Part shown: positions 1 through 9,752 of the stretch, piece after piece | How positions within the stretch are numbered: the stretch's first letter is position 1 | Layout: each line of letters opens with the position of its first letter | From: Acidobacteriota bacterium | Lineage (GTDB): Bacteria; Acidobacteriota; Thermoanaerobaculia; UBA5066; Gp7-AA6 | DNA length: 43,059 nt | Assembly (NCBI GenBank): GCA_040004075.1 | Contig: JBDUBP010000046.1 | Span: forward strand, 1-43,059 | Reading direction: 5' to 3' | The notes under the pieces: model-generated | The model's input: only the letters and a program-made list of their open reading frames with translations | The model's database searches: none | Told to the model about the DNA's origin: nothing | Program-made: the position numbers and the translations under genes

Positions 1-57
1 AAGGCCGCCGTCCGATCGCGGCCGTGCCGCCCGCTTCAAAGTCCGCCGGATGAAGCT

Positions 58-78
58 GGGAATCGGGAATCTGCAATC
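58..78. repeat. short heptamer array (GGGAATC GGGAATC TGCAATC)
   Basis: Read directly. The unit is the complement of the CGATTCC unit seen at 14778 and 19721. Confidence 0.5.
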
Positions 79-297
79 AAAGGTGACCGGTTCCCTCTGG
101 CGGCGTGTCTGTGAGCCACCGTCACTTTTCGTAACGGAGAACGGGCACCCTCGGCGGCTTGAAAGCGAAGGGACGACCGAGGCTTCCGCGCGAGGGTCCG
201 GCCTAAATGGCTCCGCTCCAGAGGCATCGGACCTCTTTCGCCGGGTGGTGCCCCCCTGGCCGCCGGGCAGAGCACGCGACTTGCAACGTTATCGGCC

Positions 298-621
298 ATG
301 AACATCGCGGTGGGACGAACCGCTCAGAGCGTCGGCTTTCGAGCGAACGAGATTCGGCGCATGGAAATGGGGAGCGGCCCCGCCGGGAATCGCGTCCGCT
401 GCTCCGTCGCCCTCTCCGGAACCGTCGACGAGACGTGGCGCAAGTCTTTCCGCGCCGTTCAGCTCGAGGACACCGGGTTTTTTCGCTTCCGTCTCGAGAT
501 GGGGAGCAACACCATCACCTTCCTCGTCAGTGAATCGCGCGGCGGCGAGATGGCGTCGGAGCTCAAGACCCTCACCTATCTTCTAGACGCCGCGAACAGC
601 GTGGCCCGAACCTCTCACTAG
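298..621 (+). CDS. hypothetical small protein (107 aa, or shorter from an internal Met)
   Basis: Open frame with strong third-position GC bias. Its composition is protein-like (VRCSVALSGTVDETWRKSFRAVQLEDTGFFRFRLEMGSNTITFLVSE), unlike the R/P/S-rich shadow ORFs. No family recognised. Confidence 0.4.
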   Translation: MNIAVGRTAQSVGFRANEIRRMEMGSGPAGNRVRCSVALSGTVDETWRKSFRAVQLEDTGFFRFRLEMGSNTITFLVSESRGGEMASELKTLTYLLDAANSVARTSH

Positions 622-666
622 CGGCGCCCTAAAAAAAAGCGTCTCGTCCCGAGCGGTAACCTCCCG

Positions 667-1755
667 CTAGCCGTTCTTCTTCTGAAACTCGCGCATGAAC
701 GCGACGAGAGCGTGCACTCCCGCGAGAGGGAACGCGTTGTAGATCGAAGCCCGGATTCCTCCGACGGAGCGGTGTCCCTTGAGGCCGTCCATACCCTGGG
801 CGGTCGCGTCCGAGACGAACCGTTTCTCTAGGTCCTCGGAAGGCAGGCGGAACGTGACGTTCATCTTCGAGCGGCTTCCCGGGCGCGCGTGCGGCCGGAA
901 GAATCCCCCCGACCCGTCCATCGCCTCGTAGATGAGGCGGGCCTTTTCCGCGTTGTGCCGGCCGATGCCTTCCAGGCCTCCCTCTCCGAGCAGCCACTTC
1001 ATGACCAGGCGCATGACGTAGATCGTGAACACGGGAGGCGTGTTGTAAAGCGATCTCTCCTTCGCGTGCGTGTTGTAGTCGAGCATCGTGGGGAGACCCT
1101 TCGGGCTTCTGGCGAGCATGTCGTCCCGGATGATGACGACGGTCGCGCCGGCGGGCGCGAGGTTTTTCTGCGCCCCCGCGTAGATCAGCGCATAGCGTGA
1201 GACGTCGATCGGCCGGCTGAAGATGTCTGATGACGCGTCGGCCACCAGGGGAAGGCCGGCTGATTCGGGCTCCTTCTCCCACTCCGTTCCGAAGATCGTG
1301 TTGTTGGTGGTGAAGTGGAGGTACGCGGACTCCGGGTCGACACGGATCTCGGAGGCCTCGGGGACCCGGGAGAAATTCTCGGCTTCCGTCGAACCGGCAA
1401 TCTGGACCGTGCCGACTCTCTGCGCCTCCTTGACTGCCTTCTTGGACCACGAGCCCGTGAGGATGTAATCCGCCTTGCCTCCCGCCGGGAGGATGTTCAT
1501 CGGCACCATCGAGAACTGGAGCGAAGCGCCCCCCTGAAGAAACAGGATCTGGTAGTTCGAAGGGATGTTCGCGAGACGCCGCATGTCGGCCTCGCACCCC
1601 TGAATGATCTCGTCGAAGGCCTTCGAGCGGTGGCTGATCTCGAGGATGGACATGCCCACGCCGGGCAGGGCCAGCAGGTCGCGCTGGGCCTCCTCGAGAA
1701 CCGCCTCGGGAAGCACCGCCGGGCCCGCCGCGAAATTGAAGATGCGCGATGTCAT
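667..1755 (-). CDS. serC: phosphoserine aminotransferase
   Basis: N-terminus MTSRIFNFAAGPAVLPEAVLEEAQ and SerC-like sequence throughout. ATG at 1755 is preceded by GAAGGAAGG and lies 14 nt after the serA stop. Confidence 0.9.
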   Translation of the reverse strand: MTSRIFNFAAGPAVLPEAVLEEAQRDLLALPGVGMSILEISHRSKAFDEIIQGCEADMRRLANIPSNYQILFLQGGASLQFSMVPMNILPAGGKADYILTGSWSKKAVKEAQRVGTVQIAGSTEAENFSRVPEASEIRVDPESAYLHFTTNNTIFGTEWEKEPESAGLPLVADASSDIFSRPIDVSRYALIYAGAQKNLAPAGATVVIIRDDMLARSPKGLPTMLDYNTHAKERSLYNTPPVFTIYVMRLVMKWLLGEGGLEGIGRHNAEKARLIYEAMDGSGGFFRPHARPGSRSKMNVTFRLPSEDLEKRFVSDATAQGMDGLKGHRSVGGIRASIYNAFPLAGVHALVAFMREFQKKNG

Positions 1756-1769
1756 GTCACCCTTCCTTC

Positions 1770-2972
1770 TCAAATGGCGAGCAGCGCCACCTCGATGATG
1801 TCTCCGGTGCTGTGGCGGATGCTTTCCAGAACCGATTCGGAGGCGGGCTGATCGAGCCGGACGCGGGCGACGGCCGCGCGCGCGCCTTCGAAGACGATGT
1901 TCTCCGTCTCCTGAACGTTGATCCCGGCTTCCTTCAACGCATCGAAGACCGCGGCGAGAACGCCGACGCGGTCGAAATGACGCACCACGAGGAGGTGCGT
2001 CGCGGGGGACGAGCGGGCGAGGTTGACGACGTTCGGGGCGCGGCCCGTCGCGGCGTACTCGCGCACGATGCGCACGGTCTCGGCGGAAATGGCTTCCTGC
2101 GCCTGGTCCGTCGACGCGCCGATGTGGTGCGTTCCGATGACACCCGGCAGCAGGAAGATCGGATCGGACACGTCTCCCGATCCGCCGGCCGGCTCACCGG
2201 CGAAGACGTCGAGGCCGGCCCGGATCCCCTTCTCCCGGATCGCCCCTTCGAGCGCGGCCTGGTCCACCACTTCGGCGCGCGACGTGTTGATGAAGAAGGC
2301 CCCCGGCCGCATCGCCCCGAAGAACTCCGCTCCCACGAGTCCGCGAGTTTCAGGCTTCAAAGCGAGATGGACGCTCACGATGTCGGCGCCCCTCGCGACA
2401 TCGATCGGGGACGCCGCGCGCCCGGCCCCCAGGTCCCGGGCGGCTTCCGCCGTCAGGCTGCGGCTCCAGGCGACCACCGGCATGCCGAAAGCGCGCGCTC
2501 GGGCGACCATTTCCCGGCCGATGCCGCCCGTCCCGAGGATTCCGAGCGTCCTCCCGAAGAGGCCTCTCGCCTTGCTGTATTCCTTCTTGTTCCAAATGCC
2601 GCCGCGAAGGTCCGCCGCGTTCTCGGTCACTCTCCGATCGAGAGAAAGAATCAGGGCGAACGCCAGCTCCGCGACCGCGACGGAGTTTTTCCCCGGACAG
2701 TTGGCGATGTAGATGCCCCGCTCGGATGCGGCCTCGACGTCGATCGTGTTGTAACCGGCGCCCGCGCGAATCACGAGGGAGAGGCGGCCCGCCTCGAGCA
2801 TCGGCCGCGTCACCTTCGTGGATCGGACGATCAGGATTTCCGCCCCCGAATCCGCGACGCGGCCCGCGAGAGCGTCGTCCTTCAGGTCGGGCTCGTAGAG
2901 CACCTCGGAACCTCCGGCGGCGAGCCCGTCGAGCCCCGACTTCTCGAATTTGTCCGCGACCAGCACCTTCAT
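1770..2972 (-). CDS. serA: D-3-phosphoglycerate dehydrogenase
   Basis: 400 aa, D-2-hydroxyacid dehydrogenase fold. Has an NAD-binding GxGxxG (LGILGTGGIGREM) and a C-terminal ACT-like regulatory region. Sits immediately upstream of serC. Confidence 0.9.
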   Translation of the reverse strand: MKVLVADKFEKSGLDGLAAGGSEVLYEPDLKDDALAGRVADSGAEILIVRSTKVTRPMLEAGRLSLVIRAGAGYNTIDVEAASERGIYIANCPGKNSVAVAELAFALILSLDRRVTENAADLRGGIWNKKEYSKARGLFGRTLGILGTGGIGREMVARARAFGMPVVAWSRSLTAEAARDLGAGRAASPIDVARGADIVSVHLALKPETRGLVGAEFFGAMRPGAFFINTSRAEVVDQAALEGAIREKGIRAGLDVFAGEPAGGSGDVSDPIFLLPGVIGTHHIGASTDQAQEAISAETVRIVREYAATGRAPNVVNLARSSPATHLLVVRHFDRVGVLAAVFDALKEAGINVQETENIVFEGARAAVARVRLDQPASESVLESIRHSTGDIIEVALLAI

Positions 2973-3004
2973 CGCCGCGATTCTAGCCCTCCCCCCTCCC
3001 GCTC

Positions 3005-4222
3005 TCAGATCTGATGTATCAGCAGCCCGTCGCGGAGCTTGGGCTCAAACCACGTCGATTTCGGCGGCATGATCTCGTTGGCGTCGGAGACGGCGATGAG
3101 CTGATCGACCGAGACCGGATACAGCGAGAAGGCGGCCGCGGCGGCGCCGGAATCGACGAGACGCTCGAGCTCGGCGGTTCCCCGCCCGCCCCCCACGAAA
3201 TCGATCCGCTTGTCGGTGCGAATGTCCCGTATGCCGAGAATGGGAGAGAGGATCCCCTCCTGCAGAGCCGTCGCGTCGAGAGTCTCGCTGTCCGGCTCGG
3301 GGGGCACGAGTCCGTACCAGCGGCCCGCGAGATATATCGCGAACTCGCCTGGCCGCGCGGGCTCCGGAGGCGCGTTCTCGACGACCGTATATTTCTTCGC
3401 GACTTTCTGGAGGAGCTCTTCCGCCGAGAGGCCGTTTAAATCCCGGACGATGCGGTTGTACGGAAGGATGCGAACCTGGCTCGCGGGGAAGAGGACCGTC
3501 AGGAAGGAGTCGAATTCGTTCAACCCCGTCCGATCCGCCGGATTCAACGAACGGAAATGCGCTCGCGCCCGGCTCGCGCTGGCGGCCCGGTGATGCCCGT
3601 CGGCGATGTAGAGACGCGGAACGTCGACGAACGCCTGGACAAGAGCGCGGCCCGGATCCTGGCGCATGCGCCACACCGTGTGCTGCACTCCATCTTCCGA
3701 TTGAAAGTCGTACAGCGGGGACTCGCGCTTGCACTCCTCGACGAGCGCGTTGGCGGCGGGGACGTCCCGGTACGTCAGAAAAACCGGACCTGTCTGCGCG
3801 GAGAGGGCAATCATGTGGCGGGTGCGATCGTCTTCCTTGTCGCGTCGCGTCCGCTCATGTTTCCGGATCACATCGGAGTCGTACTCGTCTATCGAACAGC
3901 AGCCCGCAATCCCCGTCTGTTCGTGGCCACCGACGCTCAGGCGATAGGCGTAGAGGCACGCGTCTCCTTCCGAGACGAGCGGCGCATCGCGTTTCATGAG
4001 CTCGAAGTTTTCCGCCGCCTTCTGGTAGACGGCGTCGGCATGAGAGTCCGTATCCGGCGGCAGGTCGATCTCAGGCCGGGAGACGTGGAGAAACGAGAGC
4101 GGATTCCCTTCGGCGAGGCGGCGGGCTTCCTCGGTGCTCACGACGTCGTAGGGAACGGCCGAAACCCGGGCGGCGGATTGCGGGGAGGGGCGCAGCGCGA
4201 AAAAAGGATGAAGAGTCGCCAT
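3005..4222 (-). CDS. DUF1015 family protein
   Basis: 405 aa. N-terminus MATLHPFFALRPSPQSAARVSAVPYDVVSTEEARRL is typical of DUF1015. It is 32 nt upstream of serA on the same strand. Confidence 0.85.
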   Translation of the reverse strand: MATLHPFFALRPSPQSAARVSAVPYDVVSTEEARRLAEGNPLSFLHVSRPEIDLPPDTDSHADAVYQKAAENFELMKRDAPLVSEGDACLYAYRLSVGGHEQTGIAGCCSIDEYDSDVIRKHERTRRDKEDDRTRHMIALSAQTGPVFLTYRDVPAANALVEECKRESPLYDFQSEDGVQHTVWRMRQDPGRALVQAFVDVPRLYIADGHHRAASASRARAHFRSLNPADRTGLNEFDSFLTVLFPASQVRILPYNRIVRDLNGLSAEELLQKVAKKYTVVENAPPEPARPGEFAIYLAGRWYGLVPPEPDSETLDATALQEGILSPILGIRDIRTDKRIDFVGGGRGTAELERLVDSGAAAAAFSLYPVSVDQLIAVSDANEIMPPKSTWFEPKLRDGLLIHQI

Positions 4223-4338
4223 GGCGCGGGATTCTATGAGACCGCGGATCGCCGGGACCCGGAAGAGTGAACGCCTTCACGGCGCATCCTCGCGAGAGCT
4301 CCGGGACTTGCCGCCGCGGAGCCGCGGGACACCCCCGG

Positions 4339-5435
4339 GATGTCGCACTCGACCGGCCTCGGGCGCTCGCCGGGCTCGAAGCGGGAGCGAAGGCCTGCGC
4401 GGACCACTGGCGCTCTCGAGGCGTCGACTGGCGGCGTACAACACCCGGGAGAGCGCCGAGGACCTCGAAGATCTGAGGCAGGCGCTCGGCGTCGAACGGC
4501 TGCATCTCCTCGCGGAAGCTACGGCACGCATCTCGCCCTCGCCGCGATTCGAGCGCACGGCTCGCGAGTGGAGAGCGCCGCATTGATCGGCGTCGTGGGT
4601 CCCGATCATCTCCGCCGGGTCCCATCGTCAGCCGAACGCCAGCTCGAGGAGATCGGGCGCCTCGTCCTCCGCGAGCCGGGGCTGGCGGCGCGCGTCATGG
4701 ATCTGACGGGGCTCGTCCGCAGGTTGCGTGATCGGCTCGATGCGCATCCGGTCACCGTCGAGCTCGAGACCCGGGAGGCGGGGCGCGTGTCGGTCGCGGT
4801 CGGCAAGTTCGATCTGAAATGGTATGCGCGCGGGCTTCTCTCTTCCCGGGAGACGATCGCGAGATTGCCGGCGGTCTCCGCCGCGATGGACGGCGGCGAC
4901 TTTCGCGAGCTCGGCGCGGCGGCGCTCGCATGGCGTTCGAGCCCGGTCCCTCCGGCTTCCGTTTTCACGATGCGCTGCGCTTCGGGGGCATCGAGGGATC
5001 GGGCGGCGCGCATCGCGGCGGAACGGGAGCGCGCCATTCTGGGCGACGCCTCCGATCTCGCGGAAGAGCGGATCTGCCGCGCCTGGGGCATCGAGCCTCT
5101 CCCCGAGGAGTTCCGATCGCCGGTCGTGTCGAACGTCCCCGCGCTCTTCGTCAGCGGCACTCTCGACGGGGATACCCCGGAAGCCAACGCGGAGGAGGTG
5201 GCCCCGGGGTTCCGAAACGGGTCGCGGCTCGTCATGGAGGGCGGCGCGCACGGCCTGCTGGCTCTGGAGGACCGCGCCGCTCGCGCCGCCCTGCTCCGAT
5301 TCTTCGAGACCGGGCGCGCGCGGTCCCAGCGGCTTCCGATGTCCGCCCTCGCGTTCGAGGCTGTGGCTTCGCCGCGGCCCCCGCTGCTGGCGGGCGGCGT
5401 TCCCACGGGCATCGCGCTCTTCGGCGGGAATCCGT

Positions 5436-5437
<2 letters not shown>
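4339..5437 (+). pseudogene. alpha/beta hydrolase (S33/TAP-like peptidase family), frameshifted and 5'-truncated
   Basis: Family-typical segments lie in three different frames. DVALD...KACADHWRSRGVD is in frame 1 up to about 4428. LAAYNTRESAEDLEDLRQALGVERLHLL is in frame 3 (4428-4511). GSYGTHLALAAIRAHGSRVESAALIGVVGPD (nucleophile elbow GxSxG) is in frame 2 from 4514 to the stop at 5437. Too little room remains upstream before the divergent gene start at 4222. Confidence 0.6.
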
Positions 5438-5547
<110 letters not shown>

Positions 5548-5548
5548 G

Positions 5549-5869
5549 TTAGCGCGGCGTGGCGACCTCGTCGTATTCGGGGGGATGCTTCGGCGCGACC
5601 CGCAGCACGAAGCCGGAGGGGATGAGGGTGCGCAAAGCGCCGGGGGCGCGGAACGATCGCACGACCGTTCCTTCGATCTGGACCGATCCGCCTCCCGGAA
5701 TGTGGAGGATCGCCTGGAGCACTTTCCCGATCTTCGGGATCCGGACGGTCCTCACGAACATGCCGCTTTTCGAGACGTCGTGCGTAAAGCCCGTCGTTCT
5801 GGACAGAGTCGTGTCGAAATCGACGAGGAGCCGGCAGCGGCGGCGCGGCGAGTCCCTCTTTTCGGCCAT
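5549..5869 (-). CDS. PilZ domain protein (putative c-di-GMP receptor)
   Basis: 106 aa. Contains RxxxR (RRRCR) followed by D-x-S-x-x-G (DVSKSG), the PilZ signature. Confidence 0.75.
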   Translation of the reverse strand: MAEKRDSPRRRCRLLVDFDTTLSRTTGFTHDVSKSGMFVRTVRIPKIGKVLQAILHIPGGGSVQIEGTVVRSFRAPGALRTLIPSGFVLRVAPKHPPEYDEVATPR

Positions 5870-6355
5870 CGGAGACGTCTTCGCTTCAAGAACCGCGCCA
5901 GATCCGGGGCGCCTCCGCGTGGTCCGTCAGGGACACGCACAACAGGCTGCCTGTCGGACCGCCCGGACGGCCGATCGCGATCGGAAGGGATCCCGCGGAA
6001 GAGACGGCATTCGCGCCGGCTCCGTCGCGAGCCCAAGAATCCTCCCAGGGCGAGAGAAGGGTTCGGAGAAACGGTGAGGCGAGTGCTGGCGAGTTTGCTC
6101 GAGATCCCGGCGACGGTCTGGGACGGCGACTACGGAACTTCGGTCTGAGAATGGTGGTGCCGAGGCCGCACCAGGCGGGCGATCCCTTCCCTCCGGCCGT
6201 CCGGAAGGAGCCGGGTCGCTCCAAGAGGAAGGCACCGGCGGTCGGCAAAGCGCCCGGCCGGTCGGGCACGGACGCGCTGCCGCAGGGGAGCGGCTCGCCT
6301 GGAAGGGGCGGCCGGCCGCGCTGGAAGAGCTGGAAGAGCTGAAGGTCGCCGGCAT

Positions 6356-6386
6356 TGCAGAGCGCTCCCTCGCGGAGCGCTCTGCA
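6356..6386. terminator. perfect 13-bp inverted repeat with 5-nt loop (TGCAGAGCGCTCC ctcgc GGAGCGCTCTGCA)
   Basis: Read directly. It lies 40 nt past the stop of the minus-strand gene 6426..6938. No U-tract follows on the minus strand, so it could be a terminator or a protein-binding palindrome. Confidence 0.4.
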
Positions 6387-6425
6387 AAATCGTCACCCGG
6401 CACGCTGGACGATGATACGCCGGGC

Positions 6426-6938
6426 CTAGAGCAGGCCGGGCCGGCGGCCGCTCGAGGAGAGATTCCTCGCGATGGAGGCGATCGCCATCGTCCCGAGGAT
6501 TTTCACGAGGGTGGGATGCTGAGCGTAGAACCCCATCGCCTTGTGGAACAGATCGGGCTGGTTTTCCTTCGCATAGGTGGCGACCTTCGCGACATCCTGC
6601 GGCGTCGCCGATGCGGGATCGGTCGCTACGTTCGGAGACGCTCCGAGGCTCCCCAGGAGGCCCGGCAGGCTCGCCCCGGAGGCGCCGAGCCCTCCGAGCA
6701 GCGTACCGAGAAAGCTCCCTCGCTGGGAAGGCGTCATCTGCTGGGCGCTCTGTTCGATCTTGCGCTCCAGATGCGGCGTGTCGAGCTGCCCGACGGCGGG
6801 GCCGATGACGGAAGCGAGCTCGTCCTGCGGGTAGGCGTTTGCGATTTCGTCGTAATGCGCGCGCGCCTGTTCACGGTCGGGCGTGGAATCGCCCGTGTAC
6901 TGGTTCAAGATGTTTCCGATCTGATCGACAATGGCCAT
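6426..6938 (-). CDS. hypothetical protein (170 aa) with a G/L/S-rich central linker
   Basis: ATG at 6938 (MAIVDQIGNILNQY) is preceded by AGGAGG. Good coding composition. No family recognised. Confidence 0.6.
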   Translation of the reverse strand: MAIVDQIGNILNQYTGDSTPDREQARAHYDEIANAYPQDELASVIGPAVGQLDTPHLERKIEQSAQQMTPSQRGSFLGTLLGGLGASGASLPGLLGSLGASPNVATDPASATPQDVAKVATYAKENQPDLFHKAMGFYAQHPTLVKILGTMAIASIARNLSSSGRRPGLL

Positions 6939-6994
6939 GGGAACCTCCTGGCCTCGAAGAGAGAGCAAAACCCGAACCAGATCTCGAGGAGGTT

Positions 6995-7660
6995 CTAGAA
7001 CAGCTCCGCCCGCAGGCTTCTGAGACGCTCTGCGAGCTGGTAGCGGAGCCCTTCTCCGAGCGCACCCGCCTTGAGCGCGTTCTCGAGAGAAGACTTCTGC
7101 ACGGGGTGGAAATAGAGCAGGCGGATGAGGTCGGAGAGCATCAACGGGTTCGGCACGCGTTCGATCCTTTCGATTTCATCGCCCGCGCCGACGTCGCCTT
7201 CCTGGAGGACCCGGAGATAAAAGCCGAGCCGTCCGCTCGCGAGGAACGTCTTCAGAAACCGCGCGGAACCCACGCGGAGCCCGAGCTTGAAGCAGGGAGT
7301 GCGGGGTGTCGTGACCTGCAGGCGGGCCGTCCCGACGCGGAACACGTCCCCGACGGCAACGTCCTCTTCCAGAAGATTCCGCGTCGTGAAATTCTCTCCG
7401 AAGTAACCGGGCGGCAGCGGTTCGTTGGAGCCAAGCTCCCGGGACCAGTACGAGTTGTGCTCGGAGCCGTACGCGTAGACGGCCTTGTCCGGTCCTCCGT
7501 GGTACCGCCGGTCGACCTGAACGTCGCCTTCGAGAGATTCGCGATGGAGCGGGATGCGTCCGGCGGCAGGCTCCTTGAAGATGCCGGAGGGGACGTCGCG
7601 CCCCCGGGCTCGAAGCATTCCCGGTACCGCGAGATTGACCGAGAGCAGCCGGGGCGTCAT
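6995..7660 (-). CDS. MOSC domain protein (YiiM-like)
   Basis: 221 aa. GDVQVDRRYHGGPDKAVYAY...FGENFTT...RLQVTTPRTPCFKL matches the YiiM-type MOSC beta-barrel with its conserved Cys. Confidence 0.85.
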   Translation of the reverse strand: MTPRLLSVNLAVPGMLRARGRDVPSGIFKEPAAGRIPLHRESLEGDVQVDRRYHGGPDKAVYAYGSEHNSYWSRELGSNEPLPPGYFGENFTTRNLLEEDVAVGDVFRVGTARLQVTTPRTPCFKLGLRVGSARFLKTFLASGRLGFYLRVLQEGDVGAGDEIERIERVPNPLMLSDLIRLLYFHPVQKSSLENALKAGALGEGLRYQLAERLRSLRAELF

Positions 7661-7718
7661 CTTCTCCGGGAATTAGGCCTGAGGGAGCGCGCAGGATTCA
7701 GAAGCAGGAGGACGGGAC

Positions 7719-8621
7719 ATGGCGGATCAGGAAGTCATCGGATTCGTGGGACTCGGCAGGATGGGGGAGCCGATCGCGCGGAATCTGCTTCAGGCGGGGC
7801 ATCCCCTGACGGTCTGGAACCGGACGCGCGGGAAGGCCGCCGCGCTCGTCTCGGCAGGCGCTCGCGAAGCCTGGGACCCAGCGGAGACGGGCTCTTCCGG
7901 CGGTCTCGTGTTCACGATGCTCTCCGACGATCACGCCCTCGAGCAGGTCGTCGAGAGCCGCGGTTTTCTGGAGCGGCTCGCTCCCGGCGGCGTCCACGTT
8001 TCCATGAGCACGGTCTCTCCCGAGACCAGCCGCCGGCTCGCGGAACGGCACGCCGGCGAAGGGAGCTCGTATGTCGCCGCTCCCGTTTTCGGAAGGCCGG
8101 AAGCGGCAGCGGCCGCAAAGCTGTGGGTGTGCCTCTCGGGTCCGGCGCCCGCCCGCAACCGGGTCGTCCCGTTCCTTCGTGCCGTGAGCCAGGGACTCTT
8201 CGAGCTCGGAGACGACCCGGGCGCGGCGAACGTCGCCAAGCTCTGCGGAAACTTTCTGATCGGCGCCGCGATGGAGGCGATGTCGGAAGCCTTCACCCTC
8301 GGCGAGAAGAACGGGGTCGACCCGAAAACGCTGGCGGAGATCTTCGGTCAAACGCTCTTCGCGTGTCCGATCTACCGGAACTACGGCAAGACGATCGCGG
8401 AGGGCCGGTTCACACCCGCGGGCTTTGCGCTGCCGCTCGGATTGAAGGACATGAATCTCGTGCTTTCGACCGCGACGTCATCGAAGACACCGATGCCGGT
8501 GGCGAACCTGGTGCGTGACCGCCTTCTGACGGGTCTCGCCAGAGGCCGGGAAGATCACGACTGGAGCGCGCTTTCGCTGGGCGCGCGGGAGGAGGCTGGT
8601 CTGAGGGGACCCGGGAAGTGA
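7719..8621 (+). CDS. NAD(P)-dependent oxidoreductase, 3-hydroxyisobutyrate / 6-phosphogluconate dehydrogenase-like family
   Basis: N-terminal Rossmann motif VIGFVGLGRMGEPIARNLLQAGHPLTVWNRT. Length is 300 aa. Confidence 0.85.
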   Translation: MADQEVIGFVGLGRMGEPIARNLLQAGHPLTVWNRTRGKAAALVSAGAREAWDPAETGSSGGLVFTMLSDDHALEQVVESRGFLERLAPGGVHVSMSTVSPETSRRLAERHAGEGSSYVAAPVFGRPEAAAAAKLWVCLSGPAPARNRVVPFLRAVSQGLFELGDDPGAANVAKLCGNFLIGAAMEAMSEAFTLGEKNGVDPKTLAEIFGQTLFACPIYRNYGKTIAEGRFTPAGFALPLGLKDMNLVLSTATSSKTPMPVANLVRDRLLTGLARGREDHDWSALSLGAREEAGLRGPGK

Positions 8622-8633
8622 GAGGAGTGACGC

Positions 8634-9752
8634 TTAGGAACTGATCTCCTCGAAGTACCCGTGAACCTTGCGCAGCGCGCCGCGATCGATGGACCGCCGG
8701 CGGAGCGACTCGCGGAGCAGGGACATCGCGGCGAACCCCTCCGGAACCATCTTCAGCTCGTCGATGATCGGCAGCGCCGCCCGGATCTCCCATTCCGCCT
8801 GTCGTTCCTGTCCGGTCTCGAGAAGAATGTCTGCGATGACGAGATGGAGCGCGGCCACATCGCCCTGCATCTTGAGCTCCAAGAGCTCCGTCTGGGCGGA
8901 ACGATAGGCCTGAAGCGCATCCGAAACGCGGCCCTGTGATTGAAGGAGCTGCCCGACGCCCCAGTGGAGCTTCGAGAGCGCTACCTTATCCCCGCTTGCT
9001 CGGAGAAAGGGTTCCGCTTCGCAAACCAGCGCCAGCGATCGATCAACCTTTCCCATCTCGCAGTACATCTGCCCCAAGACGACGAAGACAGAACCGAGAA
9101 CCCGCGTGCTCTTGAGGTCGCGCGCTTCGGCGCAAACCTGTTCGAAAGCGATCAACGCCTGTTCTGTCTGACCGGCCTCTCTCAGGGCCGCCGCCTGGAC
9201 AAACCGGCATTTGAGGGCGAGCTCCTTCGCGCCGGTTCTCGTGAAACATTCGAGGATCGGGCCTGCCATCGCGATGACCGCGGAGAGGTTGCGCTCCTCG
9301 AGATACAGAGCCAGCCTCTGGTACGAGACGCGTGCCGAGTCCCCCGCAGAGTTGGCCGTGAGAAGGAACCAGCCGGCCGCGAAGTCCAACCATTCCCGGC
9401 AGTTCTGACGAAGCGTGAGGACGCGGCAGCAGCAGCCCGCAACGAGAGCGAGCTCACCGAGGTAGTACTCGCGTTCGTCGAAGAGAAAACTTCCTTGATC
9501 CGGAGGAAGGCGGGAGACAAACGTGTAAGCGAGTTTCGCGGCCTCGAGGACATCCGCCGGTCCCGCTTCCACCCGGCGATCGAGTAATTGGCAGACAGCA
9601 AGAAGGGTTTCCGCGTGCTCGAGACGGAACTCTTCGATTCTTCGTTCGCGAGCTTCTTGAGGGGAAGAAAAATACTCCTCGGCGAGCGCGCGTGCCTCGG
9701 ATGTCGAAACCCCTGTGGACGCGAGCGGAAAAGGAAGAAGATCTCCGCTCAC
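8634..9752 (-). CDS. TPR-like all-helical repeat protein (372 aa), cytoplasmic
   Basis: Repeated roughly 34-40-aa amphipathic helix pairs, for example EQALIAFEQVCAEARDL, GKVDRSLALVCEAEPFL, GRVSDALQAYRSAQTEL and GQERQAEWEIRAALPII. No signal peptide or TM segment. Its start overlaps the upstream gene stop by 4 nt. Third-codon GC is lower than in neighbouring genes. Confidence 0.7.
   Translation of the reverse strand: MSGDLLPFPLASTGVSTSEARALAEEYFSSPQEARERRIEEFRLEHAETLLAVCQLLDRRVEAGPADVLEAAKLAYTFVSRLPPDQGSFLFDEREYYLGELALVAGCCCRVLTLRQNCREWLDFAAGWFLLTANSAGDSARVSYQRLALYLEERNLSAVIAMAGPILECFTRTGAKELALKCRFVQAAALREAGQTEQALIAFEQVCAEARDLKSTRVLGSVFVVLGQMYCEMGKVDRSLALVCEAEPFLRASGDKVALSKLHWGVGQLLQSQGRVSDALQAYRSAQTELLELKMQGDVAALHLVIADILLETGQERQAEWEIRAALPIIDELKMVPEGFAAMSLLRESLRRRSIDRGALRKVHGYFEEISS

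Noticed and set aside
625-666. A8/T8 tract between the convergent small ORF and serC, considered as an intrinsic terminator
   Set aside because: I could not find a stable GC stem directly adjoining the T-run on either strand, only a 5-bp AGCGG/CCGCT pairing some distance away. That is too weak to call.
629-1597. 322-aa minus-strand ORF overlapping serC
   Set aside because: An alternative frame of serC with R/G/P-rich translation. The serC frame is unambiguous.
2986-2999. CCCTCCC CCCTCCC heptamer pair between DUF1015 and serA
   Set aside because: Only two units in a short C-rich spacer, which is not distinguishable from chance in this composition.
5870-6000. c-di-GMP (GEMM-I) riboswitch upstream of the PilZ gene
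   Set aside because: Only a 7-nt ACGCACA match was found, and it is on the wrong (plus) strand. The GGGCAAAC and GACGCAAAGCC consensus blocks are absent.
6150-6310. Cobalamin riboswitch-like GC-rich stretch (GGTGGTGCC...GGAAGG)
   Set aside because: It lacks the GGTGAAAATCC-type core and the B12 box. The resemblance is limited to generic G-rich words.
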